The notes under the pieces are model-generated. The model searched no databases, was not told where the DNA came from, and worked only from the letters and a program-made list of their open reading frames with translations. DNA of 63,199 nt, counting the filler, from Octopus bimaculoides (lineage: Eukaryota): the NCBI RefSeq assembly GCF_001194135.2. It is 9 parts of 9 records of this genome, joined end to end, with 100 filler letters (N's around TTAATTAATTAA, not from the genome) between each part and the next. Parts side by side here need not be neighbours in the genome. Positions count along the whole stretch, not along the records: positions 1 to 1,171 come from NW_026399258.1; positions 1,272 to 10,793 come from NW_026382031.1; positions 10,894 to 12,176 come from NW_026353633.1; 6 more parts are not named here. One strand, given 5' to 3'. Below are positions 1 to 11,131 of this stretch, one piece after another. The position numbers were made by a program, and so were the translations under genes. Numbering within the stretch: position 1 is the first letter of the stretch; every line of letters begins with the position of its first letter.

Positions 1-1020
1 ACAGTCCCACAAGACAACAACAATGAAACAATGAACTCAGACGAACCACGAAGACACACGGAACGTCAAACGAATGACATATCCAACAGTCCATATAACA
101 CGGAGCTCTAGCAGGAGACACTTGCGCAAGGCGTCACACAAATCCATGTGGTTGGAAAACACGAACCCGGATCCATGCGTCAATTATAACAATTCAGCCA
201 GTGTTTTGAAAGAATCTAAAACATTCACGGTGGGTGACTGCGAGGCTGGGGCACTGGAACAGCCGGAGTCTCTCCTGGATATCATCTGGTATTTCGGTGA
301 GGTAGAACGTTAGGAATGACAAAAACAACTTTGTCAGCGATCCAGTACCCGACAAACGTCTCAAAAGCCACACGTTGAAAATGCAACTTTCAACAAAATA
401 CCAACAAAATAATATATTTCAATGTCACATTTTGTTCGGATGGAGTAACCTTCCCCTTTGCTGCAGCTTTTAAGGGCGTTTGATGAATCTGATGAATCAC
501 TAAGGTCGCGTCTCATACAAAGCATCTGCTTCTATCTAGCCCAAGGACAAAGAGTGAGTCTCTCAGTTTTCTTCCCATCATTCTTGAACACTACCCATTG
601 TAATGCCAATTGTGGTTGTTAGTAGTTATTCTGTTCTCTAGATTTTCTTATGATTCTAGTATTTTATTTTCTCTGTTCTAATTTGTTCATATTCTCTGTT
701 GAAGTTTTGGGCAGGTTGAGACTTTGCAAAACAAATATTTTAATCAACGTAATTAAATGATGTCATGACAAGAAACATCTACCCTTTTCGATATTCCGGA
801 TCAGTTATTTTAAACTTAAAACTTAACTATTATCCACATATGAGCATGGTTTCATTCGGTTGTCTGAATATGTTTCTCCGAGACCACTGTCAAACAAATG
901 ATGTGATAACTAATGAACAGACAGAAAGAAAGAAAGAGGTCACATACACCCAGACGCACGCACAAACACACAACCACGCCCTAAACCTGTCCGTGCCCAC
1001 ACGTGTATATATTAGGCACC

Positions 1021-1021
<1 letters not shown>

Positions 1022-1058
<37 letters not shown>
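1022..1058. repeat. (CA)n microsatellite
   Basis: Perfect AC dinucleotide run. Confidence 0.95.
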
Positions 1059-1059
<1 letters not shown>

Positions 1060-1073
1060 TCAAGCACAATCTC

Positions 1074-1171
1074 TCTATATAAATATGAGAATGTGTGTCT
1101 GTCTATCTGACTGCGAATCCTTAAAACTTGAGAATTACACAACCAATTTCATTCAAATTTTATACATGCCT
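1074..1171 (+). mobile_element. Possible 5' end of a non-autonomous Helitron-like repeat, cut by a gap
   Basis: TC..TATATAAA start, short GTCT run, then ACCAATTTCATTCAAATTT. This layout resembles invertebrate non-autonomous Helitrons; structural resemblance only. Confidence 0.2.
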
Positions 1172-1665
1172 NNNNNNNNNNNNNNNNNNNNNNNNNNNNN
1201 NNNNNNNNNNNNNNNTTAATTAATTAANNNNNNNNNNNNNNNNNNNNNNNNNNNNNNNNNNNNNNNNNNNNGCGTGTGTGTATGTACATATTTATATGTA
1301 TGTATGTATGTATGTATGTATATGTATTTGTGTGTGAGTATATGTATATATCTTTTTTGTGTAAGTGTATATGTGTGTGTATGGGTATAGGTGTGGGTGT
1401 TGAGGTAAACACACGCATGTGTACGTATGTCCCGGTGCATGTGCATATCTCTGTGTATCTGCGAGTTGAGCTTTTGAGTGTATGTCTGTTTGCAGTGTGC
1501 TTCAGAGTGCGTGCGTACTTGCATATACGTAAAGTATATTTCCACTAATGTATCTAATTACTTTTTGGACATATACTTTTCTTGGTTTAAAATAAGGCGT
1601 TTGACCCGGTGACAAAAAAAATAGTCTAATAGGTGTAAAACAACTTACTCTGAAAGAATATAAAG

Positions 1666-1731
<66 letters not shown>

Positions 1732-1774
1732 NNNNNNNNNNNNNNNNNNNNNNTATATATATATATATATATTA

Positions 1775-1805
<31 letters not shown>
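1666..1805. repeat. (CA)n and (TA)n microsatellites around a small gap
   Basis: Direct dinucleotide runs. Confidence 0.9.
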
Positions 1806-1810
<5 letters not shown>

Positions 1811-1935
1811 TTGCAAGATTTTTGATGTGAAATCGTGTGTTGAAACAGATGTTGTATTTGGGGATGGTCATATTGCCAGTTTAGCCAATAAAAACACACA
1901 CACTGTATATTTGGTGTTAATTTGCTTCAGCTTTA

Positions 1936-3120
1936 TATTACATTACATTACATTACATTAATTCTATTTTGGCCAGAGTTCTTTCGTCACACTTCTGTGA
2001 CCTCATCAGTCGTCCTTTACTTTCTTCTTTCTTATGTGTGTCTCACCTTGTTAACTATCATCCATTTTGTATTTTGTATTCCTATTGTATTGTCTACGCA
2101 TGCGTATCCCTCTATGTGTGTCTATGTTTTGTAAGTGCATGTGTGTGCATGGGGAGTGCCTGTATTATCTATATCCTCTGTTAATACATGTTCGTTTATT
2201 TATTTATTTATTTATTTGTTCATGTGTTTATACCTACTTCTTTTCTTGTTGTTTTTTTGTGTTTTGTTTTTTTTTGTATTTAATTTAATTTTGTTAACGT
2301 ATGTAGTATTTAATTCCATTTGTTTATCTATGTATTGTATTATATTTTGTTCATATTGTTATCGGTTTATGGGGAATTTATTGTCACATGCTGTGGTTTG
2401 TTGGGCGTGTGTGTTAGTGTTCCATTCCAGTTTCCTATTCAGGCTAGGTTTATCTTCTATTATGTGTGTAGCTTCTGTAATTTGTCTAAGTGCTGCGTCT
2501 GTTCTGTGTGTGGACAAGATTTTAATTTCTATATTGTTGAGTGTTCCTGCTCAGCGTGCTGGTACAGAACTGATGAGCTCTTCTCTTCCTTAAGTTCCCT
2601 CCAATGTTTCATTTACCCGCTCTCCTATGCTCCGTGCTGTTTCCCCTACATATGTCGTTGTCTTGTTACTGCATCGTCCCTCTGTAGACCACATTTCTGG
2701 TTTTACAGTTTGTGGGCTAAATCTACATACAGTACAGTTCCTATCAGTGCAGGGGGTTCTACTAAAAGGGTAGGTTCTACTGATTAGGGATTTGATAGGG
2801 TTACCTGGCCTTTCAACAACCTTAATTCTTAGCCTAAGTTTGTCTAGGGCCCTTCTAAAGCAGTTCGCCTCTAGGGGTGGTGTCGACGAACATGACGCTC
2901 TGGTATTTGTGACTATCATACCATGAGTTGGGCTTCCCTATTTTCTTCTTAATTCTTTCAATGGTGTTCCATGATTTGCTCTTATAGAGTGGGCAAATCC
3001 CATTCCTATCGTTACGTTTTATGGTTTCAAATTTCTTCATAGCTCCTTTGTATACTCTGATCCTTTCTTTATGGAAAACTGCATGTGGTGAACGAAATGT
3101 TGTGTATGTCTCTTTAACTC
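1936..3120 (-). mobile_element. Penelope-like element (PLE), 5'-truncated: RT thumb/linker, GIY-YIG endonuclease, 3' region
   Basis: ORF 2855-3226 contains ...SWYDSHKYQSVMFVDTTPRGELL (PLE linker). ORF 2590-2919 contains CTDRNCTVC...TTYVGETARSIGERVNE (GIY-YIG). Hammerhead motif at 1971-2015 and (CATTA)n tail at 1936-1962. Confidence 0.8.
1971..2015 (-). ncRNA. Minimal type I hammerhead ribozyme motif in the PLE terminal repeat
   Basis: Minus strand reads GGACGA CTGATGA G GTCACA-GAAG-TGTGAC GAAA GAAC TC TGGCC: intact CUGAUGA and GAAA boxes, perfect 6-bp stem II, weak stems I and III. Confidence 0.6.
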
Positions 3121-5600
3121 TGTGGACATGGCGAAAACGGGCCTCCGAGGAGAAAAGTGTCCAAGCGAGGCACAAATGTGCCGTTGAATTTTGGACCGTT
3201 GCCACTTGGAGCAAGTGCGTGTCCAAGAGGTAATAGTGTGACGCATATTCGGCCAGAAAAAACCAGCAGTGATAAGCTTAAGGGTAGCAGTGATGCCAGG
3301 ATGTGATAAGGAGTGCAGTGTCTCAAATACTGAGCGTTGGTGATTCTCAGGCACGAGTGACCTGGGAGAACCAGTGGAAGTATCACAAAGCATAGTGCCT
3401 TCAGCTGACGGAAGCAGAAGATAGGCAAACTGGCAACAGGAGAACTTAGGCGAAGTTAAGTCTAACGTCGCCAAAGGTGGTTGCTCCTGCGAAATGGCAG
3501 TTAAATCAATTGCAGCAGGAGACAAAAGAAAACAGACTGGAAGACGAGAAAGAGCGTCAGCAGGAACGTGCTCTTTCCCAGTTATGTGACGAATGTCACT
3601 GGTAAACTGTGAAATAAAATCCAAGTGACGGAAAGCACGAGGCGAGAGTTTGTTCGTTTTCGTTGACGAGGCAAACGTAAGAGGTTTGTGATCTGTATAG
3701 ATCACACAATCTCAACCTTCGAGTTGATGCTGGAAATGATGAACCGATAGATAGACCACTCGGAGCTCACGATCAAAAGTGCTGTATCGTCGCTCAGCTG
3801 GTTGCAGTTGGCGAGAAAAGAAAGCCAGAGGTCGAGTGTTGCAGCACAGCGCCAATCGCAGTGTCCGATGTATTTACAGTTAAAGAGAGAGAAGCACCAG
3901 GAACCGGATGTGCAAGCAAAGGAACAGAAGCTAACTCCTTCTTGATGAACTCAAAAGCTGTCAGTGCTTCAACGGAGAGGGTGACTTAACCGTCCTTTCT
4001 AGGGGTGTCCTTTAATAGCTTGGTGAGAGGAAGTAGCTTATCTGCACAACCGGGAATGAAACGTCTATAGAAATTGACCATCCCTAGATAACGCCTAAGC
4101 TGGCGCAAAGAAGTAGGAGGTGCGATGCGCTGAATTGCATCGACTTTAGACGAGAGAGGTTTGATGCCACTCGAGTCAATATGATGGCCGAGGAAGTCAA
4201 GAGAAGATTGCCCGAACACACACTTGTCTGGATTAACGCGCACACCATAGTCGCGAAGACGCTGAAAAAGCTGAGACAAGTGCCGGAGATGATTCTCATG
4301 TGTGTCACTTGCGATGAGGATATCATTGACATAAGCGAACACAAAATCAAGTCCGCAGACAACTTCGTCAATAAAACGCTGGAACGTGCTAGTAGCGTTC
4401 CGCAAACCGAAACTCATGCATAAAAACTCAAAGCACCCAAAAGGGGTGGTAATAGCAGTTTTCGGAACATCGGCTGGGTTGACCGGTATTTTGTTGTTAA
4501 GCGCGTATAAGATCAACTTTTGAAAAAATGGTACAACCATNNNNNNNNNNNNNNNNNNNNNNNNNNNNNNNNNNNNNNNNNNNNNNNNNNNNNNNNNNNN
4601 NNNNNNNNNNNNNNNNNNNNNNNNNNNNNNNNNNNNNNNNNNNNNNNNNNNNNNNNNNNNNNNNNNNNNNNNNNNNNNNNNNNNNNNNNNNNNNNNNNNN
4701 NNNNNNNNNNNNNNNNNNNNNNNNNNNNNNNNNNNNNNNNNNNNNNNNNNNNNNNNNNNNNNNNNNNNNNNNNNNNNNNNNNNNNNNNNNNNNNNNNNNN
4801 NNNNNNNNNNNNNNNNNNNNNNNNNNNNNNNNNNNNNNNNNNNNNNNNNNNNNNNNNNNNNNNNNNNNNNNNNNNNNNNNNNNNNNNNNNNNNNNNNNNN
4901 NNNNNNNNNNNNNNNNNNNNNNNNNNNNNNNNNNNNNNNNNNNNNNNNNNNNNNNNNNGTCTCAGGCCAAGTTGGAGCATGTGCTCAAACTCTGACCTAG
5001 CTGTCTTGAGACGGTCAGGTGCAAGGTGCCGAGGGCGCGAAAAAACAGGCGGTCCAGTGGTGGTAATAAATCGAGTGTCGAGTGCATGGGCTTAGCAGGC
5101 TGAAAGGTAATATCTACTAGCTCTGGAAAAGTAGACAGGAGAGAATGAAAAACATCTCCAGAGGTGGCAACAAAAAATGCCGGACTAAGAACAGCAGTGG
5201 TAGATCCTGTAATCGGCGTAGAGAGCGAAGTCGAACTGCCGACGAGCCTCCAACGCCTGACATCTACCAATAAATCAAAATGATTTAGAAAATCAGAACC
5301 CAAAATAGGATGCAGAATGTCAGCAATGACAAAAACCCATTGAAAATCTTGACGAAGATTAATGTCGAGTCGCAGAGAAATCTGACCGAAGGTGGCTATG
5401 GGAGACGAGTCGATCGCGTGCAGAACAATAGAAGAGCGTTTTGGCTGGTCTGTAGTTAGACGATGAGGCCAAATACTGCAACAAGAACCGGTGTCAACCA
5501 TGAAGAAATTCTTAGACACGCGATCTCTAACAAAAATGCACGATAAGTAGTAAAACCTGAAGAAATTGACGTGCTCAGTTCCTTCTGGACTCGTTTCTCG
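3121..5600 (-). pseudogene. pol: Gypsy pol (protease-RT-RNase H-integrase N-terminus), with frameshifts and stops
   Basis: FMVDTGSCCSIWP (aspartic protease); AITTPFGCFEFLCMSFGLRNATSTFQR and FAYVNDILIAS (RT, YVDD changed to YVND); IYTDHKPL...ADALSR (RNase H); LHSLSHPG...WPNM...TCSKWQ (HHCC, decayed); EARFRHVH at the truncation. Confidence 0.9.
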
Positions 5601-5806
5601 AGCTCTTAAAGCTGCAAGATTGAATACACTTATGAGCTTTGTCGCCAAATCTCTCATTGTACCAGCATAGACCAGCACGCGACGGAGAAGCACAAGAGGT
5701 AGACCGACCACGATTGCGAGTGCGCGAGCGAGAAAAACGCTTGCTACCGCGGCACAACACGTCCATTCTTTTAGTAAGAGCGTCCAGCTTGGCAGAAAGG
5801 TCATCN
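5575..5806 (-). pseudogene. gag: Gypsy gag C-terminus with CHCC-type zinc knuckle
   Basis: GLCWYNERFGDKAHKCIQSCSF fits C-X2-H-X9-C-X3-C with H changed to N. The rest of gag lies in the N gap. Confidence 0.8.
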
Positions 5807-6463
5807 NNNNNNNNNNNNNNNNNNNNNNNNNNNNNNNNNNNNNNNNNNNNNNNNNNNNNNNNNNNNNNNNNNNNNNNNNNNNNNNNNNNNNNNNNNNNNN
5901 NNNNNNNNNNNNNNNNNNNNNNNNNNNNNNNNNNNNNNNNNNNNNNNNNNNNNNNNNNNNNNNNNNNNNNNNNNNNNNNNNNNNNNNNNNNNNNNNNNNN
6001 NNNNNNNNNNNNNNNNNNNNNNNNNNNNNNNNNNNNNNNNNNNNNNNNNNNNNNNNNNNNNNNNNNNNNNNNNNNNNNNNNNNNNNNNNNNNNNNNNNNN
6101 NNNNNNNNNNNNNNNNNNNNNNNNNNNNNNNNNNNNNNNNNNNNNNNNNNNNNNNNNNNNNNNNNNNNNNNNNNNNNNNNNNNNNNNNNNNNNNNNNNNN
6201 NNNNNNNNNNNNNNNNAAACACGAGAAGCGGAGAAAAACCGACTAGCGAACCGACAAAATGTGTTTGTGGAGTGGTGTGTGCACAAAAGGAGAAAAGAAA
6301 AATAAAAATTGTGAGAAACAATTTTGTTTATCGTGTACAGTATGCAGAGAAAAAAAAGGGTTTTTTTCTTTTTTTTTTCTGTACCAACCTTCGTCGCTGT
6401 GAAAAAGGAAAAGAAATGAAACAAGGAAAAAAACACACCAAATTATGAATGTACGTGCGTGCT

Positions 6464-6500
<37 letters not shown>

Positions 6501-6836
6501 TTCGTTTTGTCTCGTCTCTTTTCTTTTGTTTTTAGTGTTCTGTTTTCTCTCTTTTTTTTCCTTTTATATTGAACGTCCTTTTGTGTGTAATGTCGGTTGC
6601 GGAAAACACTCAGTGTGCTTCTGTGAGCTGGTAAAACGTTTTCATCTGTTATGTTTTTACTGCTACTGGTACACGAACATACAGACACAATCTGTGTCCA
6701 CGATTTGATATCGTCTGTTTGACGTCATTGCTCCTAGTGAAAGCTGTGTAACACGTGGCGGAAGGAGAAAAATATGGCTGCAGGAAGAAGAAAATGATGG
6801 CTATGGCTCTTTACAGAAGGTTGAATGTTCGGGTCA

Positions 6837-6847
6837 CGGGGTCACCA
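6837..6847 (-). promoter_or_regulatory. Primer-binding site complementary to tRNA-Trp 3' end
   Basis: Minus strand TGGTGACCCCG lies 2 nt after the LTR end ...GTTACA. tRNA-Trp priming is characteristic of the CsRn1 clade. Confidence 0.75.
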
Positions 6848-6849
6848 AT

Positions 6850-7284
6850 TGTAACAGGATGAGAGATTCCCGCACTGGATGGATGCTGCTCGCATCCTTC
6901 ACTTTAAATATTAATTGAAGAAAGATTCAAGATTTTTCATTAACTTCAACAGTATAAATATTTATTCTTTTATTCGCAATATAAAACATTTCCTTCCTCT
7001 GGGCGAATCGGCAACCTAGGAGCTTATAGGCAGTAGTCTAGTGGAGCGAGTCAGTCCTACCCGTTCATGCATAGCAGGGATGCGTCACGAGGTAGTAGCT
7101 CGAGAGAGAGCTGCTGGAGACACGTCTGTATCGTTCAGCTGCTAGCGTCAAAAGAAGAGATACAAGAAAATTTCGATGCTGCTAGTTTTCTGCGCATGCG
7201 CATGAGGGAACTTCCGGCAGGCCTTCCAGAAGAATCCAACCCTGCGCATGCGTGCTGGAGATTTCCAAGATGGCGTCACTATAT
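6850..7284 (-). mobile_element. 5' LTR of the Gypsy element (about 430 bp)
   Basis: Ends in ...TGTTACA next to the PBS; AATAAA signals near 6961-6974 on the minus strand; outer end merges into (TA)n at 7280-7294. Confidence 0.7.
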
Positions 7285-7756
7285 ATATATATATNNNNNN
7301 NNNNNNNNNNNNNNNNNNNNNNNNNNNNNNNNNNNNNNNNNNNNNNNNNNNNNNNNNNNNNNNNNNNNNNNNNNNNNNNNNNNNNNNNNNNNNNNNNNNN
7401 NNNNNNNNNNNNNNNNNNNNNNNNNNNNNNNNNNNNNNNNNNNNNNNNNNNNNNNNNNNNNNNNNNNNNNNNNNNNNNNNNNNNNNNNNNNNNNNNNNNN
7501 NNNNNNNNNNNNNNNNNNNNNNNNNNNNNNNNNNNNNNNNNNNNNNNNNNNNNNNNNNNNNNNNNNNNNNNNNNNNNNNNNNNNNNNNNNNNNNNNNNNN
7601 NNNNNNNNNNNNNNNNNNNNNNNNNNNNNNNNNNNNNNNNNNNNNNNNNNNNNNNNNNNNNNNNNNNNNNNNNNNNNNNNNNNNNNNNNNNNNNNNNNNN
7701 NNNNNNNNNNNNNNNNNNNNNNNNNNNNNNNNNNNNNNNNNNNNNNNNNNNNNNNN

Positions 7757-9710
7757 TACAAACACTGAAAAATGACAACTCAATCATCCCAAAAGAAGCC
7801 GATAAGGGAGGGGCCAGAGTAATCATGGACAAGGACTATTATAAAGATAAAATATTGGAAATGTTAACAAACCAAACCTACTACAAGAACCAAGATACTT
7901 AGAAAAAACAATAATGATAAAATCAAAAGACTAATCAATGAATTTCAAGATTCCTTCACAGACAAGGAGAAAGATTATATATGCAACTCTTTAAACAAAG
8001 ATAGCAATTTCTACGGATTACCCAAAATCCACAAAAGCTCCGAAATACAAAGTGCCATAAATAAGCAGAAGAACCAGTACGTAAAAATACTAAGACCTGC
8101 TAACCTCAAACTAAGACCAATAGTTGCTGGACCTCAAGTACCAACACAACAACAAAGTCGTTTTTTAGATATACTCCTAAAACCTTTGTGCCTTTTAATA
8201 CCCAGTTATGTACGGGATGGCATAGACTTCATTCAACACATCCCCCACCACTGTCGCAGAAGGTACTATACTCACAAGTTTTGATGTCACCAATCTCTAT
8301 ACTAATATACCTCACACTTTAGGCATAGAAGCAATCAAACACTGGTTAGAGAAACATAGAGAACGGATAAATGGACGCTTCAAGACTGACTTCATCACCC
8401 AAGGCCACACGCCTAGTATTAGAAGAAAATACTTTTAAATTCGACAATAAAACCTATCGACAGCTAAAAGGGCACAGTTATGGGTACACGATTTGCGCCT
8501 TCATATGCAAACTTAGTTATGAGATACTTGGAAGAAAAACTTTATGAGGAAGTAGAAAAAATTTTGATCAGGAGTACAAGAAATATATCATTAAAAAGTG
8601 GAAACGCTTCCTTGATGATTGCTTCATCTTCTGGAACAAATCGTATGAAGATCTAAATATATCTAACAATATACTGAACACACTCCACCCATCCATCCAA
8701 TTTACGACAGAATGCAGTTGCAATGAACTACCATTCCTGGATATCCACATAAAAATATAGAACTCCACCGTCACAACAGACATATTTTACAAAAAAAAAT
8801 TGACACACACCAATATTTAAATTTCTACTCTTGCCATCCATCACACATCAAAAGAAACACCCCATACAGCATGACAAGACGCATCTGTGCTTTAATGTCT
8901 GACCCCAAAATACGTGAAATCCGACTCAACGAACTCAAAAGCTTCCTCACAATGCAGAAATACCCCTTAGGATAAATTAATGTGGGAATTAAAAAGGCGA
9001 TGAAACTGAACATCACCCAACTACGGACACCTAAAGAAAATTTAATGAAAACACGATTCCGTTCGTTAACACAGACAGTCCTAGAATAACCGACATTTTT
9101 CACGCCATAAAATCAAACTTACAAAGCCCCAAGACGAAAAATCTGATTGAAAAAAAAAACTCTGTACGGAATAGTAGACGCCAACCAAAAAATCTTAAAA
9201 ACACATCACAAGAGCAGAATTCAAATCAGAAAATGAATCAGGATTCTTAGTAAAAGAATGTGGAGATAGAAAATGTGGAACATGCAACAACATCAACAAC
9301 TTCAAATACTTGGAAAGTGGTTCCTACATAAAATTCAATAGCGGATCCCTCTTCAAAATAAATGCAGATATGAACTTCAAAACGCAAAACCTCATATACT
9401 GCATTACCTGCCCAAACTGCAAAGAAAATTACATTGGGGAAACAAATAATTCCCTCTGCCAACGTGCAAGAATCCACAGGCAACATATTCGACAAGAGGA
9501 ATTACGCAAGTTTCCATTAAGTAAGTATCTGGAAATATGCAGCGAAGTAAAATTCAAAATTTTTCCCTTTCACAAATGTGCACGGGACGATCTGCAATAC
9601 CGAAAAGCAATGGAGCTACATTTCATTAAAAAAATCTATCCAAAATTGAATGTTTGAAGGAAAAGCGGAGACAATAAATTTTGTAAGTGTTATACTAATT
9701 AGTGTTCTCT
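7757..9710 (+). mobile_element. Penelope-like element with nearly complete RT and GIY-YIG endonuclease, pseudogenised
   Basis: ADKGGARVIMD, NFYGLPKIHK, LRPIVAG, FDVTNLYTNIP, WKRFLDDCFIFW (about 8599-8634), LPFLDI, SCHPSHIKRN, and NLIYCITCPNCKENYIGET...RIHRQHI (ORF 9310-9657). Multiple stops and frameshifts; both ends in gaps. Confidence 0.92.
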
Positions 9711-10353
9711 NNNNNNNNNNNNNNNNNNNNNNNNNNNNNNNNNNNNNNNNNNNNNNNNNNNNNNNNNNNNNNNNNNNNNNNNNNNNNNNNNNNNNNNNNN
9801 NNNNNNNNNNNNNNNNNNNNNNNNNNNNNNNNNNNNNNNNNNNNNNNNNNNNNNNNNNNNNNNNNNNNNNNNNNNNNNNNNNNNNNNNNNNNNNNNNNNN
9901 NNNNNNNNNNNNNNNNNNNNNNNNNNNNNNNNNNNNNNNNNNNNNNNNNNNNNNNNNNNNNNNNNNNNNNNNNNNNNNNNNNNNNNNNNNNNNNNNNNNN
10001 NNNNNNNNNNNNNNNNNNNNNNNNNNNNNNNNNNNNNNNNNNNNNNNNNNNNNNNNNNNNNNNNNNNNNNNNNNNNNNNNNNNNNNNNNNNNNNNNNNNN
10101 NNNNNNNNNNNNNNNNNNNNNNNNNNNNNNNNNNNNNNNNNNNNNNNNNNNNNNNNNNNNNNNNNNNNNNNNNNNNNNNNNNNNNNNNNNNNNNNNNNNN
10201 NNNNNNNNNNNNNNNNNNNNNNNNNNNNNNNNNNNNNNNNNNNNNNNNNNNNNNNNNNNNNNNNNNNNNNNNNNNNNNNNNNNNNNNNNNNNNNNNNNNN
10301 NNNNNNNNNNNNNNNNNNNNNNNNNNNNNNNNNNNNNNNNNNNNNNNNNNNNN

Positions 10354-10527
10354 GCTTGACAACCGATGGTGGTGTGTTTACGTCCCTGTAACCTAGCGGT
10401 TCGGCAAAAGAGACCGATAGAATAAGTACTAGGCTTACAAAGAATAAGTCTTGGGGTCGATTTGCTCGACTAAAGGCAGTGCTCCAGCATGGCCGCAGTC
10501 AGTTGACTGAAACAAGTAAAAGAGTAT
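10354..10527 (+). mobile_element. SINE family 1, 3' half
   Basis: Matches the 3' halves of fuller copies at 37117-37549 and 39962-40367; ends GACTGAAACAAGTAAAAGAGTA. Confidence 0.85.
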
Positions 10528-10702
10528 ACGCACACACTCACACACACACAAACACACAAACACACACTTCATTCTCTCCAAAATGTCTGAAGGTGGAGTG
10601 CAGAATTTGCATTTTTATTCCAAATGTGGCTCATCTCTACAAATGTTCAGATATATATATATCTGTAGCATTGGGATGTTCTACCTTTACGTATATATAT
10701 AT

Positions 10703-10793
10703 GTCACTCGGAAAGCCACTGTCACTAGCTATGCTGATGACACAAACTATCTCAGGCAATAAAGAATCCTGATGATATCATAAGCCTGCAGAA
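10703..10793 (+). mobile_element. CR1/L2/Jockey-group LINE RT fragment
   Basis: TVTSYADDT followed, after a frameshift, by IKNPDDIISLQ: RT catalytic motif and the downstream D...LQ pattern. Confidence 0.55.
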
Positions 10794-10893
10794 NNNNNNN
10801 NNNNNNNNNNNNNNNNNNNNNNNNNNNNNNNNNNNNNTTAATTAATTAANNNNNNNNNNNNNNNNNNNNNNNNNNNNNNNNNNNNNNNNNNNN

Positions 10894-10950
10894 AACCCAG
10901 AACCATGTGGTTGGGAAGCAAGTTACTTACCACACAGCCACTCGTACGCC
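10894..10950 (-). mobile_element. SINE family 1, tRNA-like head fragment
   Basis: Reverse complement gives GGCGTACGAGTGGCTGTGTGGTAAGTAACTTGCTTCCCAACCACATGGTTCTGGGTT. Confidence 0.75.
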
Positions 10951-11071
10951 TATATATATTGAATGCACATGTTGTATGTAGTATGCGTGTTTGTATGTAG
11001 GTATATATGTATGCATCGATCTATCTATACCTATACCCTTATCTCTCTCTCCCCCACTCTCTTCTCTCTCC

Positions 11072-11130
<59 letters not shown>
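11072..11130. repeat. (CTAT)n microsatellite
   Basis: Direct tetranucleotide run. Confidence 0.95.

Positions 11131-11131
<1 letters not shown>

Larger units (their letters stand above)
3121..7284 (-). mobile_element. Ty3/Gypsy LTR retrotransposon of CsRn1/Kabuki/Boudicca type, decayed, 3' part missing
   Basis: Domain order on minus strand: LTR, PBS, gag with CHCC-type knuckle, protease, RT, RNase H, integrase zinc finger. Interrupted by two N gaps. Confidence 0.9.

Noticed and set aside
74-313. 79-aa ORF and CpG-rich surroundings
   Set aside because: No recognisable motif in any frame I translated; probably part of an unidentified repeat.
489-515. CTGATGA-ATCAC-TAAG-GT-CGCGTC as a hammerhead
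   Set aside because: The GAAA box and half of stem II are missing; it would need an assumed 7-nt deletion.
1216-1227. TTAATTAATTAA islands inside N runs (also 10838, 12221, 38895, 44557, 49857, 51101, 60998)
   Set aside because: Eight identical 12-mers, each with about 45 N on both sides and stops in all six frames: a scaffolding linker, not genomic sequence.
4300-4335. YVND in the Gypsy RT as a novel catalytic motif
   Set aside because: One substitution from YVDD in a copy with many stops and frameshifts; simple decay.
4513-5095. Long ORFs consisting mostly of X (here and at all other large gaps)
   Set aside because: Artefacts of translating through N runs.
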